A DNA stretch of 64,000 nt from Candidatus Dojkabacteria bacterium (GTDB lineage Bacteria; Patescibacteriota; Dojkabacteria; SC72), in assembly GCA_012842045.1 (NCBI GenBank), contig DUTP01000005.1:11332-75331 (forward strand). The letters are read 5' to 3'. Positions 19,221 to 28,579 of the stretch are shown here, in pieces (within the stretch, counting starts at the first letter, position 1; each line of letters opens with the position of its first letter). The translations under genes were made by a program, and so were the position numbers. The notes beneath the pieces are model-generated. The model saw nothing but the letters and a program-made list of their open reading frames with translations, did no database searches and had not been told where the DNA came from.

Positions 19221-19634
19221 TTAGAAGAAAATGTTTTTTACAAAATCTATAATATAAGGTAGAAAGATAATTATGCCTGTAAATACAGATACTAAAGCAC
19301 TAACTAGAACTGCTCCTGCACTAACATCTTTGGCATATTTAACATTAATCTTAAAATCTTGAGAGACTGTATCACAGAGAGCTTCAATTGCACTATTTAT
19401 ACTCTCGGATATTAAGACCATTGAGATTACTAAGCTGATAGCTATCCATTCAAAATGTTCTATCTTAAAAAACACCCCTGCAAGTATTACAATAGCTCCA
19501 ATTACAAGCTCTATCTTAAAATTTCTTTCATTCCTAAATATTAGTTTTATGCCATTCCTAGCATACCCCTGACTTTTGAAAAAACTCTCTGCTTTAAAAG
19601 ACTTGTTTTTCACTTTAGGATGATTGGAAACCAC
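19221..19634 (-). CDS. dgkA: Diacylglycerol/undecaprenol kinase DgkA
   Basis: 137 aa, three TMs. RNERNFKIELV...ESINSAIEALCDTV...KYAKDVSAGAVLVS matches the prokaryotic DAGK signature. Confidence 0.8.
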   Translation of the reverse strand: MVSNHPKVKNKSFKAESFFKSQGYARNGIKLIFRNERNFKIELVIGAIVILAGVFFKIEHFEWIAISLVISMVLISESINSAIEALCDTVSQDFKINVKYAKDVSAGAVLVSALVSVFTGIIIFLPYIIDFVKNIFF

Positions 19635-19950
19635 CGTAAATTATACCTAGAATTAACCTCGAGAGAATGGTAAACACTAAACCTATTATCGCCCATGTAA
19701 GAGTCCCCTGAGCTTTCTTAACTTTTTCAGGATCTCCTCCGGAAATCATCCACATGTAACCACCGTAGATAATGAAAGCAACAGAGAGTATACCAACTAC
19801 AGGGAAAATATAACTGACGATTTTGTTTAAGTACCCAACGATTATCGACGCACTCAACTCTTTGGGCCTAGGAATGTCTGCCTGAGCAAAAGACGGTAAA
19901 GAGAAGAACTTAAATAGTTGGTAGAAAAATTGCACTAGAGAAACATCCAT
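19615..19950 (-). CDS. Small two-TM protein, VirB2/TrbC-like T4SS-pilin-like family (paralog 5 of 5)
   Basis: Hydrophobic N-terminus, then ...FIIYGGYMWMISGGDPEKVKKAQGTLTWAIIGLVFTILSRLIL. It shares the GGY-x5-G-[DN][PE]EKV-K-A...AI[IV]GL motif with its four neighbours. Confidence 0.5.
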   Translation of the reverse strand: MDVSLVQFFYQLFKFFSLPSFAQADIPRPKELSASIIVGYLNKIVSYIFPVVGILSVAFIIYGGYMWMISGGDPEKVKKAQGTLTWAIIGLVFTILSRLILGIIYGGFQSS

Positions 19951-19952
19951 AA

Positions 19953-20231
19953 TTATTTAAATCCGATGAAATTATCTAGTACGAACTTCACAATGATGGG
20001 GGCTATAAACACAAGGACTAACCCTACCAAAGCAAAAACCAATGTTTTTGTAGCTTCTTTTACCTTATCTTCATCTCCTCGAGAGAAAATATACTTAAAG
20101 CCTGCAATAATTACTGCTATGACTACAAGTATTACAGATGCTGAAGTCGCAAAGTTTACAACATACTTGATAAACTCTGCTATATCATCAAAACCAGCTC
20201 GAGTTATTCCGTCGATAAAGAAAGATTCCAT
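19953..20231 (-). CDS. Small two-TM protein, VirB2/T4SS-pilin-like family (paralog 4 of 5)
   Basis: ...IAGFKYIFSRGDEDKVKEATKTLVFALVGLVLVFIAPIIV. Same architecture and motif as its neighbours. Confidence 0.5.
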   Translation of the reverse strand: MESFFIDGITRAGFDDIAEFIKYVVNFATSASVILVVIAVIIAGFKYIFSRGDEDKVKEATKTLVFALVGLVLVFIAPIIVKFVLDNFIGFK

Positions 20232-20250
20232 ATGTTAACCTTTTACTTAA

Positions 20251-20622
20251 TTAGCTTTTCGGTCCTAAGAAGTTCTTAATAACAAAGTTGACCAGAATTA
20301 CAGCGATAAAACATACAACTAGACCAACGATTGCCCATGTAAGAGTCTTTGTTGCTTTTTGAACTTTCTCCTCATTGCCACTAGCTGTGATATATGAATA
20401 ACCTGCGAAAATCAACATAACTACACATACCAAAGCTGCAATACCGATAGCCCAGTTAATCAAATTTCTAACAAATTGCATCAAATCTCGCTCACCTGTT
20501 GTATGTATATCGTCTATATAGCTCAATGCATCATCTGCTCCTGTTTGTGCAAATGTAGCAGAGGCCAGGTAAAGAGATGAACCAATAGAACTGATTCCTG
20601 CGATTGCTTTTGATAACTTCAT
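20251..20622 (-). CDS. Small two-TM protein, VirB2/T4SS-pilin-like family (paralog 3 of 5), with a signal peptide
   Basis: Signal peptide (MKLSKAIAGISSIGSSLYLASATFAQ), then ...FAGYSYITASGNEEKVQKATKTLTWAIVGLVVCFIAVILV. Confidence 0.5.
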   Translation of the reverse strand: MKLSKAIAGISSIGSSLYLASATFAQTGADDALSYIDDIHTTGERDLMQFVRNLINWAIGIAALVCVVMLIFAGYSYITASGNEEKVQKATKTLTWAIVGLVVCFIAVILVNFVIKNFLGPKS

Positions 20623-20689
20623 ACTTAAATGTTTATTAATATATTATATATTGCCTGATTATATCCAAGCACAAAGTAAAAATCAACTT

Positions 20690-21013
20690 TTAAAAACTTC
20701 CTTTTTCTTTTAAAGTATCGATAACAAGCTCCACTATAACTCTTGCAAGGAATACTATTATCATTCCAATAATGGCTGCTACTAGTACATTTCGACCTTT
20801 CTCCACCTTCTCTGGGTTGCCAGCAGACGTAATAAATGTATAGCCCCCATAGACTATCATTATTACTGCGACTAAACCAGAGAGAACTATTGCCCAGTTC
20901 AAAAATGGTACAACCTTAGCACTTACAACATCATCAACACTACTACCAGGTAGCTTAATCAACCATTTGCTACTACTAAATAGAGACCCTGTATCTATTC
21001 CTCCTTCACCCAT
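20690..21013 (-). CDS. Small two-TM protein, VirB2/T4SS-pilin-like family (paralog 2 of 5)
   Basis: ...VYGGYTFITSAGNPEKVEKGRNVLVAAIIGMIIVFLARVIV. Confidence 0.5.
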   Translation of the reverse strand: MGEGGIDTGSLFSSSKWLIKLPGSSVDDVVSAKVVPFLNWAIVLSGLVAVIMIVYGGYTFITSAGNPEKVEKGRNVLVAAIIGMIIVFLARVIVELVIDTLKEKGSF

Positions 21014-21366
21014 TATCGAAATGCATCTAAATCTAAAGTATCACTCAATAGTAAAAGTATACCAACAGACATTAAAACTACAAGTAGGCCAATAATTGCA
21101 TTTGTTATCACAGACTTAGCCTCCTGCAACTTCTCCGGGTTTCCTTGACTAGAAACCATCATGTATCCTCCATAAGAGAGTAATATTAACGCTGCAATTA
21201 TGGCTACTGGCATAGCAACCGCAACAATTCTTTGAACAAGAGTTTCCTCTGAATCTATTGACCCAACATCATCCACTAACAACTTCACATTATCTTCTAA
21301 TCCTAACCTCTGAGCATATACCTTCTGTACAAAGAAAAGATTTATTTTATCAAAAAATCTATCCAT
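21013..21366 (-). CDS. Small two-TM protein, VirB2/T4SS-pilin-like family (paralog 1 of 5)
   Basis: ...LSYGGYMMVSSQGNPEKLQEAKSVITNAIIGLLVVLMSVGIL. Its start overlaps the stop of the next paralog (ATGA at 21013). Confidence 0.5.
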   Translation of the reverse strand: MDRFFDKINLFFVQKVYAQRLGLEDNVKLLVDDVGSIDSEETLVQRIVAVAMPVAIIAALILLSYGGYMMVSSQGNPEKLQEAKSVITNAIIGLLVVLMSVGILLLLSDTLDLDAFR

Positions 21367-21377
21367 ACTTAATTATA

Positions 21378-24300
21378 CTACAAATCTGCATACTGACAAA
21401 TAGTATTGAAATCACAGAACCTACAACCAAAGCTAGGAGTAGCTGTAAACTCCCCTTTCTGTATCTTTTCAAGAACATCTAAAACACTTTCTTTTGCGAG
21501 CTCTCTTTTAGCTTGAGAAACATCTACCTCCGCCACATTACCACTTTCTACAAACACATACTTAGCCCCAACAACCTTCAACCCTAGCTTCTCTTCTGCT
21601 ACTAATGCATAGAGAGGAAGCTGTAAGTCCTTCTTTATATCAGCATCTGTTTTATCAGCCCCTGTCTTGTAGTCCACGATACAAACCTCTTTAATACCAT
21701 CCTGTTCTTGAACTAAATCTATCCTATCTATTTTCCCACTAAAGACTACTTCACCTAAATGAATAGCAAAGGACTCTTCTAACAGGAAAGGATTTTCATC
21801 TTCTGAGAACACCTTATCATAATATCTTTCCATTATTTCCTCACCTTCTCTCTTCCTAGCATTCTCCTGTTCTCTACTATCATACCCTTTACTTATCCAA
21901 TTCTTTTCATAGAAAGATAGTAAATCTTCCTTAGTCGGAGTATCTACTATTCCTCCCAAACCTTCCTTCGATTTTTTAAGTAAGGAGTAGAAATCATCTA
22001 AAGTATTATGTACACTACTTCCAAATGCAGTTGCTGGCGTACCTCTGGTAGGTATTCTAATCACATATGCATATTCATATTTCCGAGGACAACCTTCGTA
22101 TGTATTAAGTTGTGAATAGCTAAACCTTTTTACAAGATTTTTACTGTCTTCAATTAAAACATCTTGTTCTTGTCCTTTTTTCATATTTCTTAAACTAGTT
22201 ACATCATCCATCATATCATCTTCCTCTATCTTAGTAGTAAAATCTTCATCAACACTCCTATCTAAAACCTCCTGCAAGAAAATACTTGGCTTCTTTCTTC
22301 TCTTAGCTTCTCCATAGTATTGTGCTGCTGTAAAATATACCCTTTCTTTCGCTCTAGTAGCACCAACATAGAAAAGTCTTCTCTCCTCTTGCAAGTTTGA
22401 CTCTGCCTCACTAATATCTCTTAATATTGTTTCTTTAACTAATGTATCAGGAATTGGGAGAGCATCTTTCCTTGACCTACTAGGGAATCTATCAGAAACT
22501 AAATTTACTAAAAAGACAACTGGAAACTCCAACCCTTTTGCAGAGTGAACCGTCAAGATATTTACAGCATCTAACTCCTCCATACCAATCTGATCTACAA
22601 GTGGGGATTCTCCTGTTTGTATACTGTAATTTAGAAATTCTACATACTCATATATATTGCTATCTGGATTATCTTTTTCATAGTTCTTTACTAATTCAAA
22701 GAACTTATTAATATTACCTATTGCAAAAAGATTTTCAGATGTGTCCTCTTCTAAGAACTCATTTATATATCCACTTTCCATAACGAAGTCGTAAAGAATA
22801 TCTACAAGAGATTTTTGTTCCTTAATTTTCTTAGCACTTACATCTAGTAAAAGAAGCAAAGAAGAAACACCTGCAATAGCTTCTGGTGAAAGAACCTTAT
22901 CAATGATATTACTATCTATATTCTTAAAGTCCTGTTTTTCATCACTCCCTATTTTCACCTTCCATTCACTCTCAAGAAACTCCAACATTGACATTTTTTC
23001 TTCTTTAGCAAGCATTATTAACTCCATATATTCTCTTGGTGTAAGATTCCAAGTCTTCATTGTTAATAATCCAAACATTGAGACTTCATCTTTGTAATCA
23101 ACTAACACTCTTAGGAAAGAAATGATATTTTTAATTTCTGGTCTAAAGTAAAGACCTCTAGCTCCACCTAATTTGTACCTAATTCCCTTGTTTCTTAATG
23201 TTTGAATGAAGCCATCAGCATGTGTATTAGCTCTAACCAATATCGCTATATCCGAGAACTTGTATTTAGCTTCCTTTGTGCCATCAAGAGAATCTAAAAG
23301 TGTTGATTGACCCTTCTCATCAAAGGTTTGACTACTTCTATCCTCAATACTACCTCTTAATTCAGAATATCCTGTTAATTTCAATATTTCTTCAGCAACC
23401 CTCTCTGCTTCATAGTTTTCATTATGAGAAACCATGAGGTTAACTGCATTACTGTCCTCTGCAAAAGCAGCTTTTGCTACCAACTTTTTGTTAATACCTT
23501 CTGTAACTTCAAGCCTGTTTGGATCGTTATGCTTAATTAATGTATGTGAAGCATCTAATATTTCCTGTCTTGATCGGTAGTTTTCAGTAAGCACAATTTC
23601 CTGAGCATCTGGATACTCTTCTTTAAACTGCAATATATTAGATATGGCAGCACCCCTAAATTTGTAAATAGATTGGTCATCATCACCTACAACTGTTAAA
23701 CATGGTGTAGAGTTTTTGTCCTCTTTCTCACCAACCCCTTTTTTAAGTATGTTTACAAGTACATTTTGAGTATAGTTAGTGTCCTGAAACTCATCTACTA
23801 GTATATATTTGAATCTCTTTCTATATTTCTCTAAAATACTCTTCTTCTCTCTAAACAGCTTTATTGTAAGTAGAATTAGGTCTCCAAAGTCTAATCTAGA
23901 ATTTTCAATTTTAAGGTCTGCATACTTTTTGTATGCTTGTGCTAATTCATTACTCTTTACATATTCTTCTTTTTCAACATCAGTATTGTGAGGTAATTGT
24001 TTAGCATATTCTATATATTCTTCTGGAGAGACATCTTCATTTTGTAGTTTACTTATATGGTCTAAGAAATCATTTATAAACTTGGTAGGATTGCCTTTAG
24101 GAAGGAGTGTTTTAAAACCTAAATCATAGATATGTCTTCTTGTGAAGATATATGATTGAGCTGCACTCATTAGAGAGTAATCGCCATCAATACCAATATT
24201 GTATCCATCTTCTCTTAAGATTCTGTCACAGAAAGAGTGAAAAGTAGAGATGACTGGTTCATCGTAACCATATTCCATTTCCTGATCTACCCTTATCTGC

Positions 24301-24497
24301 ATCTCTTCTGCTGCTTTTTCTGTAAAAGTTAGAGCTAGTATCTCAGATGGTTTAGCCCATTCATTTTTAATTATATGTAGTATTCTCTGTGTTATTACTG
24401 CTGTTTTACCTGTACCAGCTCCTGCGATTATGAGTAGATCTCCATCTTTGTATTCTACAGCCTTCTTTTGATTTTCATTTAATCTAATCTGTCCCAT
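21378..24497 (-). CDS. UvrD/PcrA-family ATP-dependent helicase fused to a C-terminal Cas4/RecB-like Fe-S PD-(D/E)xK nuclease (compact AddA/AdnB-like)
   Basis: N-terminal Walker A (LLIIAGAGTGKTAVITQRILH) and UvrD motifs. The C-terminal ~250 aa carries GCPRKYEYAYV ... IDRIDLV ... IVDYKTG ... GCRFCDFNTIC, i.e. the RecB-nuclease D/E-K triad bracketed by a 4-Cys cluster as in AddB/Cas4. Confidence 0.8.
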   Translation of the reverse strand: MGQIRLNENQKKAVEYKDGDLLIIAGAGTGKTAVITQRILHIIKNEWAKPSEILALTFTEKAAEEMQIRVDQEMEYGYDEPVISTFHSFCDRILREDGYNIGIDGDYSLMSAAQSYIFTRRHIYDLGFKTLLPKGNPTKFINDFLDHISKLQNEDVSPEEYIEYAKQLPHNTDVEKEEYVKSNELAQAYKKYADLKIENSRLDFGDLILLTIKLFREKKSILEKYRKRFKYILVDEFQDTNYTQNVLVNILKKGVGEKEDKNSTPCLTVVGDDDQSIYKFRGAAISNILQFKEEYPDAQEIVLTENYRSRQEILDASHTLIKHNDPNRLEVTEGINKKLVAKAAFAEDSNAVNLMVSHNENYEAERVAEEILKLTGYSELRGSIEDRSSQTFDEKGQSTLLDSLDGTKEAKYKFSDIAILVRANTHADGFIQTLRNKGIRYKLGGARGLYFRPEIKNIISFLRVLVDYKDEVSMFGLLTMKTWNLTPREYMELIMLAKEEKMSMLEFLESEWKVKIGSDEKQDFKNIDSNIIDKVLSPEAIAGVSSLLLLLDVSAKKIKEQKSLVDILYDFVMESGYINEFLEEDTSENLFAIGNINKFFELVKNYEKDNPDSNIYEYVEFLNYSIQTGESPLVDQIGMEELDAVNILTVHSAKGLEFPVVFLVNLVSDRFPSRSRKDALPIPDTLVKETILRDISEAESNLQEERRLFYVGATRAKERVYFTAAQYYGEAKRRKKPSIFLQEVLDRSVDEDFTTKIEEDDMMDDVTSLRNMKKGQEQDVLIEDSKNLVKRFSYSQLNTYEGCPRKYEYAYVIRIPTRGTPATAFGSSVHNTLDDFYSLLKKSKEGLGGIVDTPTKEDLLSFYEKNWISKGYDSREQENARKREGEEIMERYYDKVFSEDENPFLLEESFAIHLGEVVFSGKIDRIDLVQEQDGIKEVCIVDYKTGADKTDADIKKDLQLPLYALVAEEKLGLKVVGAKYVFVESGNVAEVDVSQAKRELAKESVLDVLEKIQKGEFTATPSFGCRFCDFNTICQYADL

Positions 24498-24664
24498 TAT
24501 TTCAGGTTGAATAATAATATTATTAGATAAATGGTTACACCTATTATTATTGCAATTGCTAATATTGTTAGGATTTTGGGGTTGGGGAGAGTATCTACTA
24601 TTTTTTGGAGTTTGTTTTTTTCTACTTTCTTACTCATATTCTCGCATGATACTTAATTTAGATA

Positions 24665-25393
24665 TTAAAGCTCTGTTCCTCCCCACTCGATAACTGTAAA
24701 GCCTTTTCGAGTAAATGGTTTAAATGTTTGTTTTTCTATATCTATCTTCTGATTTAAAGGTTTGAAAACCATGAAGACCCTTAATACAGAATCTGGCTGA
24801 GGATCAATCTCAAGTGGAACTCTACTATCATACTCTTCCTCTGTCGCAAAATGGATTAAGTTATATTCATTCCCAATCATTTTAGGCAGCCAATATACTA
24901 TAAATTCATTATATTCCTTTTCATTCAAACCCATCTCTTCCAACTGCTGTTGCAAGAACTGCATTGTATCTGAACCTTTAACAACAAAACCTGTACTTAA
25001 ATCATATTCGGCAGAACGACCAGAAGGAGCCTCCCAGAAGAGATAACTGTACTCTCTTCCATCTTCAATATTAGTTAATATACCATCTGGTTTTGCAATA
25101 ACGTTCCATCCGTCTTTGTATTCTGGGTATGTTACTAAGAAGTTTGCTTTTGGAGTTACAGTAACTTTGACTATCATCTCTTCCTCTGGATAGAGATATA
25201 TTACCGGCTTAGCATCATATTCATCGCCAATATGCAAATCTCTGAGCTGTTGAACTAAGGATTTTTCCTTTTTTAAAAAGAAAAAGCATACTGCAATAAC
25301 TCCTAAAACACCCAATATTACGAATATTATCCATATTGGTATTTTTCTGTCCTTTACACTCTTCTTTTTTTTAGTCATATATATATTATTCAT
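24665..25393 (-). CDS. Hypothetical membrane-anchored protein
   Basis: One N-terminal TM (IPIWIIFVILGVLGVIAVCFFFL) and a globular ectodomain. No motif recognised. Confidence 0.4.
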   Translation of the reverse strand: MNNIYMTKKKKSVKDRKIPIWIIFVILGVLGVIAVCFFFLKKEKSLVQQLRDLHIGDEYDAKPVIYLYPEEEMIVKVTVTPKANFLVTYPEYKDGWNVIAKPDGILTNIEDGREYSYLFWEAPSGRSAEYDLSTGFVVKGSDTMQFLQQQLEEMGLNEKEYNEFIVYWLPKMIGNEYNLIHFATEEEYDSRVPLEIDPQPDSVLRVFMVFKPLNQKIDIEKQTFKPFTRKGFTVIEWGGTEL

Positions 25394-25396
25394 AAA

Positions 25397-26266
25397 TTAA
25401 CTAGCTAATTCTTTTAATTTCTCAACCTCTGCTGGAATAGTTGCATTACTCTTTAAAGCAGGTGTTTCTAAAATGAAAGGAATGTTTTTAAATTTAGGTT
25501 CATGAAGAATATGTGATATTGTTTTTTCTCCTAACTTACCTTTACCTAAATTAGCATGCCTATCCTTGTTACTACCACACTCTACCATAGAGTCATTAAG
25601 GTGTATTGCTTTAACATTCTCTATACCCACCACCCTATCCATTTCTTCCACTACACCAGTCATATCATTCACCCAGTCATACCCACCTGCAAATGTATGT
25701 TGTGTATCAACTACAAAACCTACCCTCTGACTATCTTTCACCCCCTCCTTGATTAACTTTAATTCTGTAAAATTCCTTCCAAAGTTAGTTCCAGTACCAG
25801 CAGTTGTTTCAATTAGTAGCTTCTGTGTTCCTTTTACTTCATCTAAGACCCACTGCATTCCGTATGATATTCTTTCTAAACTATCTTCATATGACAATTC
25901 TTTTTGAGAACCAGGGTGAAAACATACTCCTAATACTTCACTATCTATCTTTCTTGCTTTAATACCTTTTGCTACCTTCTCTGCAAAATCTAGATATACT
26001 ACTAAACCCATTTTACCCAAATGGAACAACTTTTTATCTTCCCTTGCTAGATTGGTTAGATATATTCCATGCACCAACACCTTCTTTATACTAGACTTCT
26101 CTAATTCATCTAGAAAAGCAGTAATATCTTCATCAGGAATTAACTTAGTAGCCCACTTCATTGGTGTTGTAGGCATCATTTGAATACTATTTACTCCATA
26201 CTTTTCACCGTTCTTTATTGAATTTTCTATCCCACCAGAAGAGGATACATGAATGCCTAGATACAT
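25397..26266 (-). CDS. nfo: Endonuclease IV (AP endonuclease family 2, xylose-isomerase-like TIM barrel)
   Basis: MYLGIHVSSSGGIENSIKNGEKYGVNSIQMM at the N-terminus, plus the Nfo signature AIHLNDSMVECGSNKDRHANLGKGKLG (HLNDSK...DRH.). Confidence 0.85.
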   Translation of the reverse strand: MYLGIHVSSSGGIENSIKNGEKYGVNSIQMMPTTPMKWATKLIPDEDITAFLDELEKSSIKKVLVHGIYLTNLAREDKKLFHLGKMGLVVYLDFAEKVAKGIKARKIDSEVLGVCFHPGSQKELSYEDSLERISYGMQWVLDEVKGTQKLLIETTAGTGTNFGRNFTELKLIKEGVKDSQRVGFVVDTQHTFAGGYDWVNDMTGVVEEMDRVVGIENVKAIHLNDSMVECGSNKDRHANLGKGKLGEKTISHILHEPKFKNIPFILETPALKSNATIPAEVEKLKELAS

Positions 26267-26323
26267 ATTAATATTTTAGCACAATCACATATTTTAAAGT
26301 ATAATCTTAGAAAGGAAACTACA

Positions 26324-26962
26324 ATGGGATTATGGGACAAAGTAGAAAATATTTTCCCTGAAAGAGGGAAACAAGAACAACAAGATGTTGTTGAGGATAT
26401 AATAGTAGCAGAGAATATTCGCCCGAAGTCTGTATTGGCTCATATCGATGAAATTCCTTGGCCAATATTCTTTTCTGAAAGACTACCATTTTCAACGGTT
26501 TACGGATTTACAATTGAAGGGTGTGGCAATCCAGATGATTTCATTGCCCAATATCCTACAAAACCAGTACCAACAGAGCTAGAAATGGATAACTATGAGG
26601 ATTTGGATTTATTACTAAAGACATATCGAACAGACCTATTTTTCGCTTCGTCTGCTCTAGATTATGGCAATTGGTTACAAGGAAGAAATATGGCAATGAC
26701 ACTAGCTGATAATGAAGTTGACTGGATTCTTTTCATACATGATGTACTCATTAAAGATTCAAAATTAAAGTTAGGAAATATATCCGGATTTACAAGGTTC
26801 AGACAAGTCTTGAATGAACGAGGATATATGATAAAAGAATATACTAATCATCTAGATCCAATAGCTCTTCAGTACTATTTAGCAATTGCTCCAAAAAGAA
26901 TTGACCAACCAATTCTTGAAAGGGCAAGAAGCAATCGTATACTTACTCCCTCCTTTGCATAA
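26324..26962 (+). CDS. Hypothetical protein (212 aa)
   Basis: Open frame with typical codon usage. No motif recognised. Confidence 0.4.
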   Translation: MGLWDKVENIFPERGKQEQQDVVEDIIVAENIRPKSVLAHIDEIPWPIFFSERLPFSTVYGFTIEGCGNPDDFIAQYPTKPVPTELEMDNYEDLDLLLKTYRTDLFFASSALDYGNWLQGRNMAMTLADNEVDWILFIHDVLIKDSKLKLGNISGFTRFRQVLNERGYMIKEYTNHLDPIALQYYLAIAPKRIDQPILERARSNRILTPSFA

Positions 26963-27155
26963 TTTCCCAAAAGAAATTCTTTAGTAAAAAGCGATGTACA
27001 ACTAATATAACTCCATGTATATACATACATAGTACTCTACCTCACATACGAAAAAGAAAGATATGTTGCAACTCAAAGAATCTTCTCCAACCAGACTGAT
27101 TGGGCTAATAGCATGGAATAAAAAACCAATATAAAGTATAATTACTAGTTATTAT

Positions 27156-27244
27156 GGAGAGGTGCCTGAGTGGTCGAAAGGAACTCACTGCTAACGAGTC
27201 GTAGGTCTTAAAGCCTACCGAGGGTTCGAATCCCTCCCTCTCCG
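27156..27244 (+). tRNA. tRNA-Ser (anticodon GCU), long variable arm
   Basis: GGAGAGGUGCCUGAGUGGUCGAAAGGAACUCACUGCUAACGAGUCGUAGGUCUUAAAGCCUACCGAGGGUUCGAAUCCCUCCCUCUCCG. Anticodon loop CUGCUAA, long extra arm, discriminator G. Confidence 0.85.
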
Positions 27245-27292
27245 TGTTTCCAACTGCCTAACCAATCGTTTAAGATAAACTCAAACTTAAGA

Positions 27293-28027
27293 GTGATAGA
27301 AATTGGGAGTGGTGAGAAACCAGACAAAACACGAAAACTTAGTTACAAAGACGACAAATTCGTTGATATATGCTCCACCAGAGATGATTTATCAGGTGAT
27401 GTATTAGATATGAATACAAGAAGAAGAGAAAAACATCTTCTTAATTACAGATGGGAACACCTTAAACCAAATGAACTATGTATAGAAGCAGCACAAGAAT
27501 TCTGTCAAAATGTTACAGAAGATTTTCAATTAGAATTCCTACGTCTTTGCAATCCTGAAAATAGAATTATAGACTTCTCTGATGATACCATAGACTTTAT
27601 ACTAGAGAATGACTACCTTTTCCCTCAATTCAATTTAATAACAGATAAAAAGAGAGGCAGAATATTACAGAAATTAGGTTTTGAAAATCAGCGAATAAGA
27701 GACTCTGTAGTATTAATTTTAGAGCTGCCAGAAATCTTAATTACTAAACCAAAAGAAGATGAAGACATCCCAAAGGAGATAATAGACTTCAAAGAAAAAA
27801 GGGGAAAGGGATGGAGTCATCTACAGAAAACCCTAATACAATCAATCTGGAAAAACATAAGAAAACATCATGAGAATGGAGAAGTTACATTCCAAAGATT
27901 AAACTCCAAAAAAGAACACGAGCCAAGAAAATACTACTATATTTGGAAAATATGGGAAAAACTATACAACACAAATGAAGAAAAGCTCAACGAGGCTACT
28001 CCAAACAACAATCAACAGCTTTCCTAA
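27293..28027 (+). CDS. Hypothetical protein (244 aa)
   Basis: ORF immediately downstream of tRNA-Ser. Lys/Glu-rich. No motif recognised. Confidence 0.4.
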   Translation: MIEIGSGEKPDKTRKLSYKDDKFVDICSTRDDLSGDVLDMNTRRREKHLLNYRWEHLKPNELCIEAAQEFCQNVTEDFQLEFLRLCNPENRIIDFSDDTIDFILENDYLFPQFNLITDKKRGRILQKLGFENQRIRDSVVLILELPEILITKPKEDEDIPKEIIDFKEKRGKGWSHLQKTLIQSIWKNIRKHHENGEVTFQRLNSKKEHEPRKYYYIWKIWEKLYNTNEEKLNEATPNNNQQLS

Positions 28028-28098
28028 CAACATCCCCTATCTTTCCCCAAAAATTATTTTTCTTTGTTTTCTTCTCTTTCTTCTTTGTCTTTCCCATA

Positions 28099-28551
28099 TT
28101 ATGCCTTCTTTACATCCTCTAACTTAATCACACCCATATTCAATGCCCAAAACAAAGAATACAAGTTATATGCTTTCTCAAATACTTCTTCTGCTTCTTT
28201 CTTCTTTCCTCTACCCAAACACTTTGTACCATACTCCATTAATCTGTAACTTGCTGCTAACAAATGCTTAGAAATACACCAAACCTCCCCATCATACTGT
28301 TTAATTATCTTCTTCAAAAGCTCCTTTCTCATCTCTCTAATCTCAGCAAGAAGGTCATAATATTGAGAATCTCCTGTCTTACCTCCACTAAAGAACAGAT
28401 GTTCTTCAATAGAGATAAGGTTCATAATTGCAATCGACAAGTCTTGATCTGCTGAAAGGTCTAACTTCTGATCCTTCTTCAAAGCATCATACTTTTCAAC
28501 TAACTCATTAACATCTTGCATTTCAACATCTTTTTTCTTTGACATAATCAA
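28099..28551 (-). CDS. Hypothetical protein (150 aa)
   Basis: ORF with a plausible RBS context. No motif recognised. Confidence 0.35.
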   Translation of the reverse strand: MIMSKKKDVEMQDVNELVEKYDALKKDQKLDLSADQDLSIAIMNLISIEEHLFFSGGKTGDSQYYDLLAEIREMRKELLKKIIKQYDGEVWCISKHLLAASYRLMEYGTKCLGRGKKKEAEEVFEKAYNLYSLFWALNMGVIKLEDVKKA

Positions 28552-28579
28552 AAAACATTATCTTAACTAAACTTATCGT

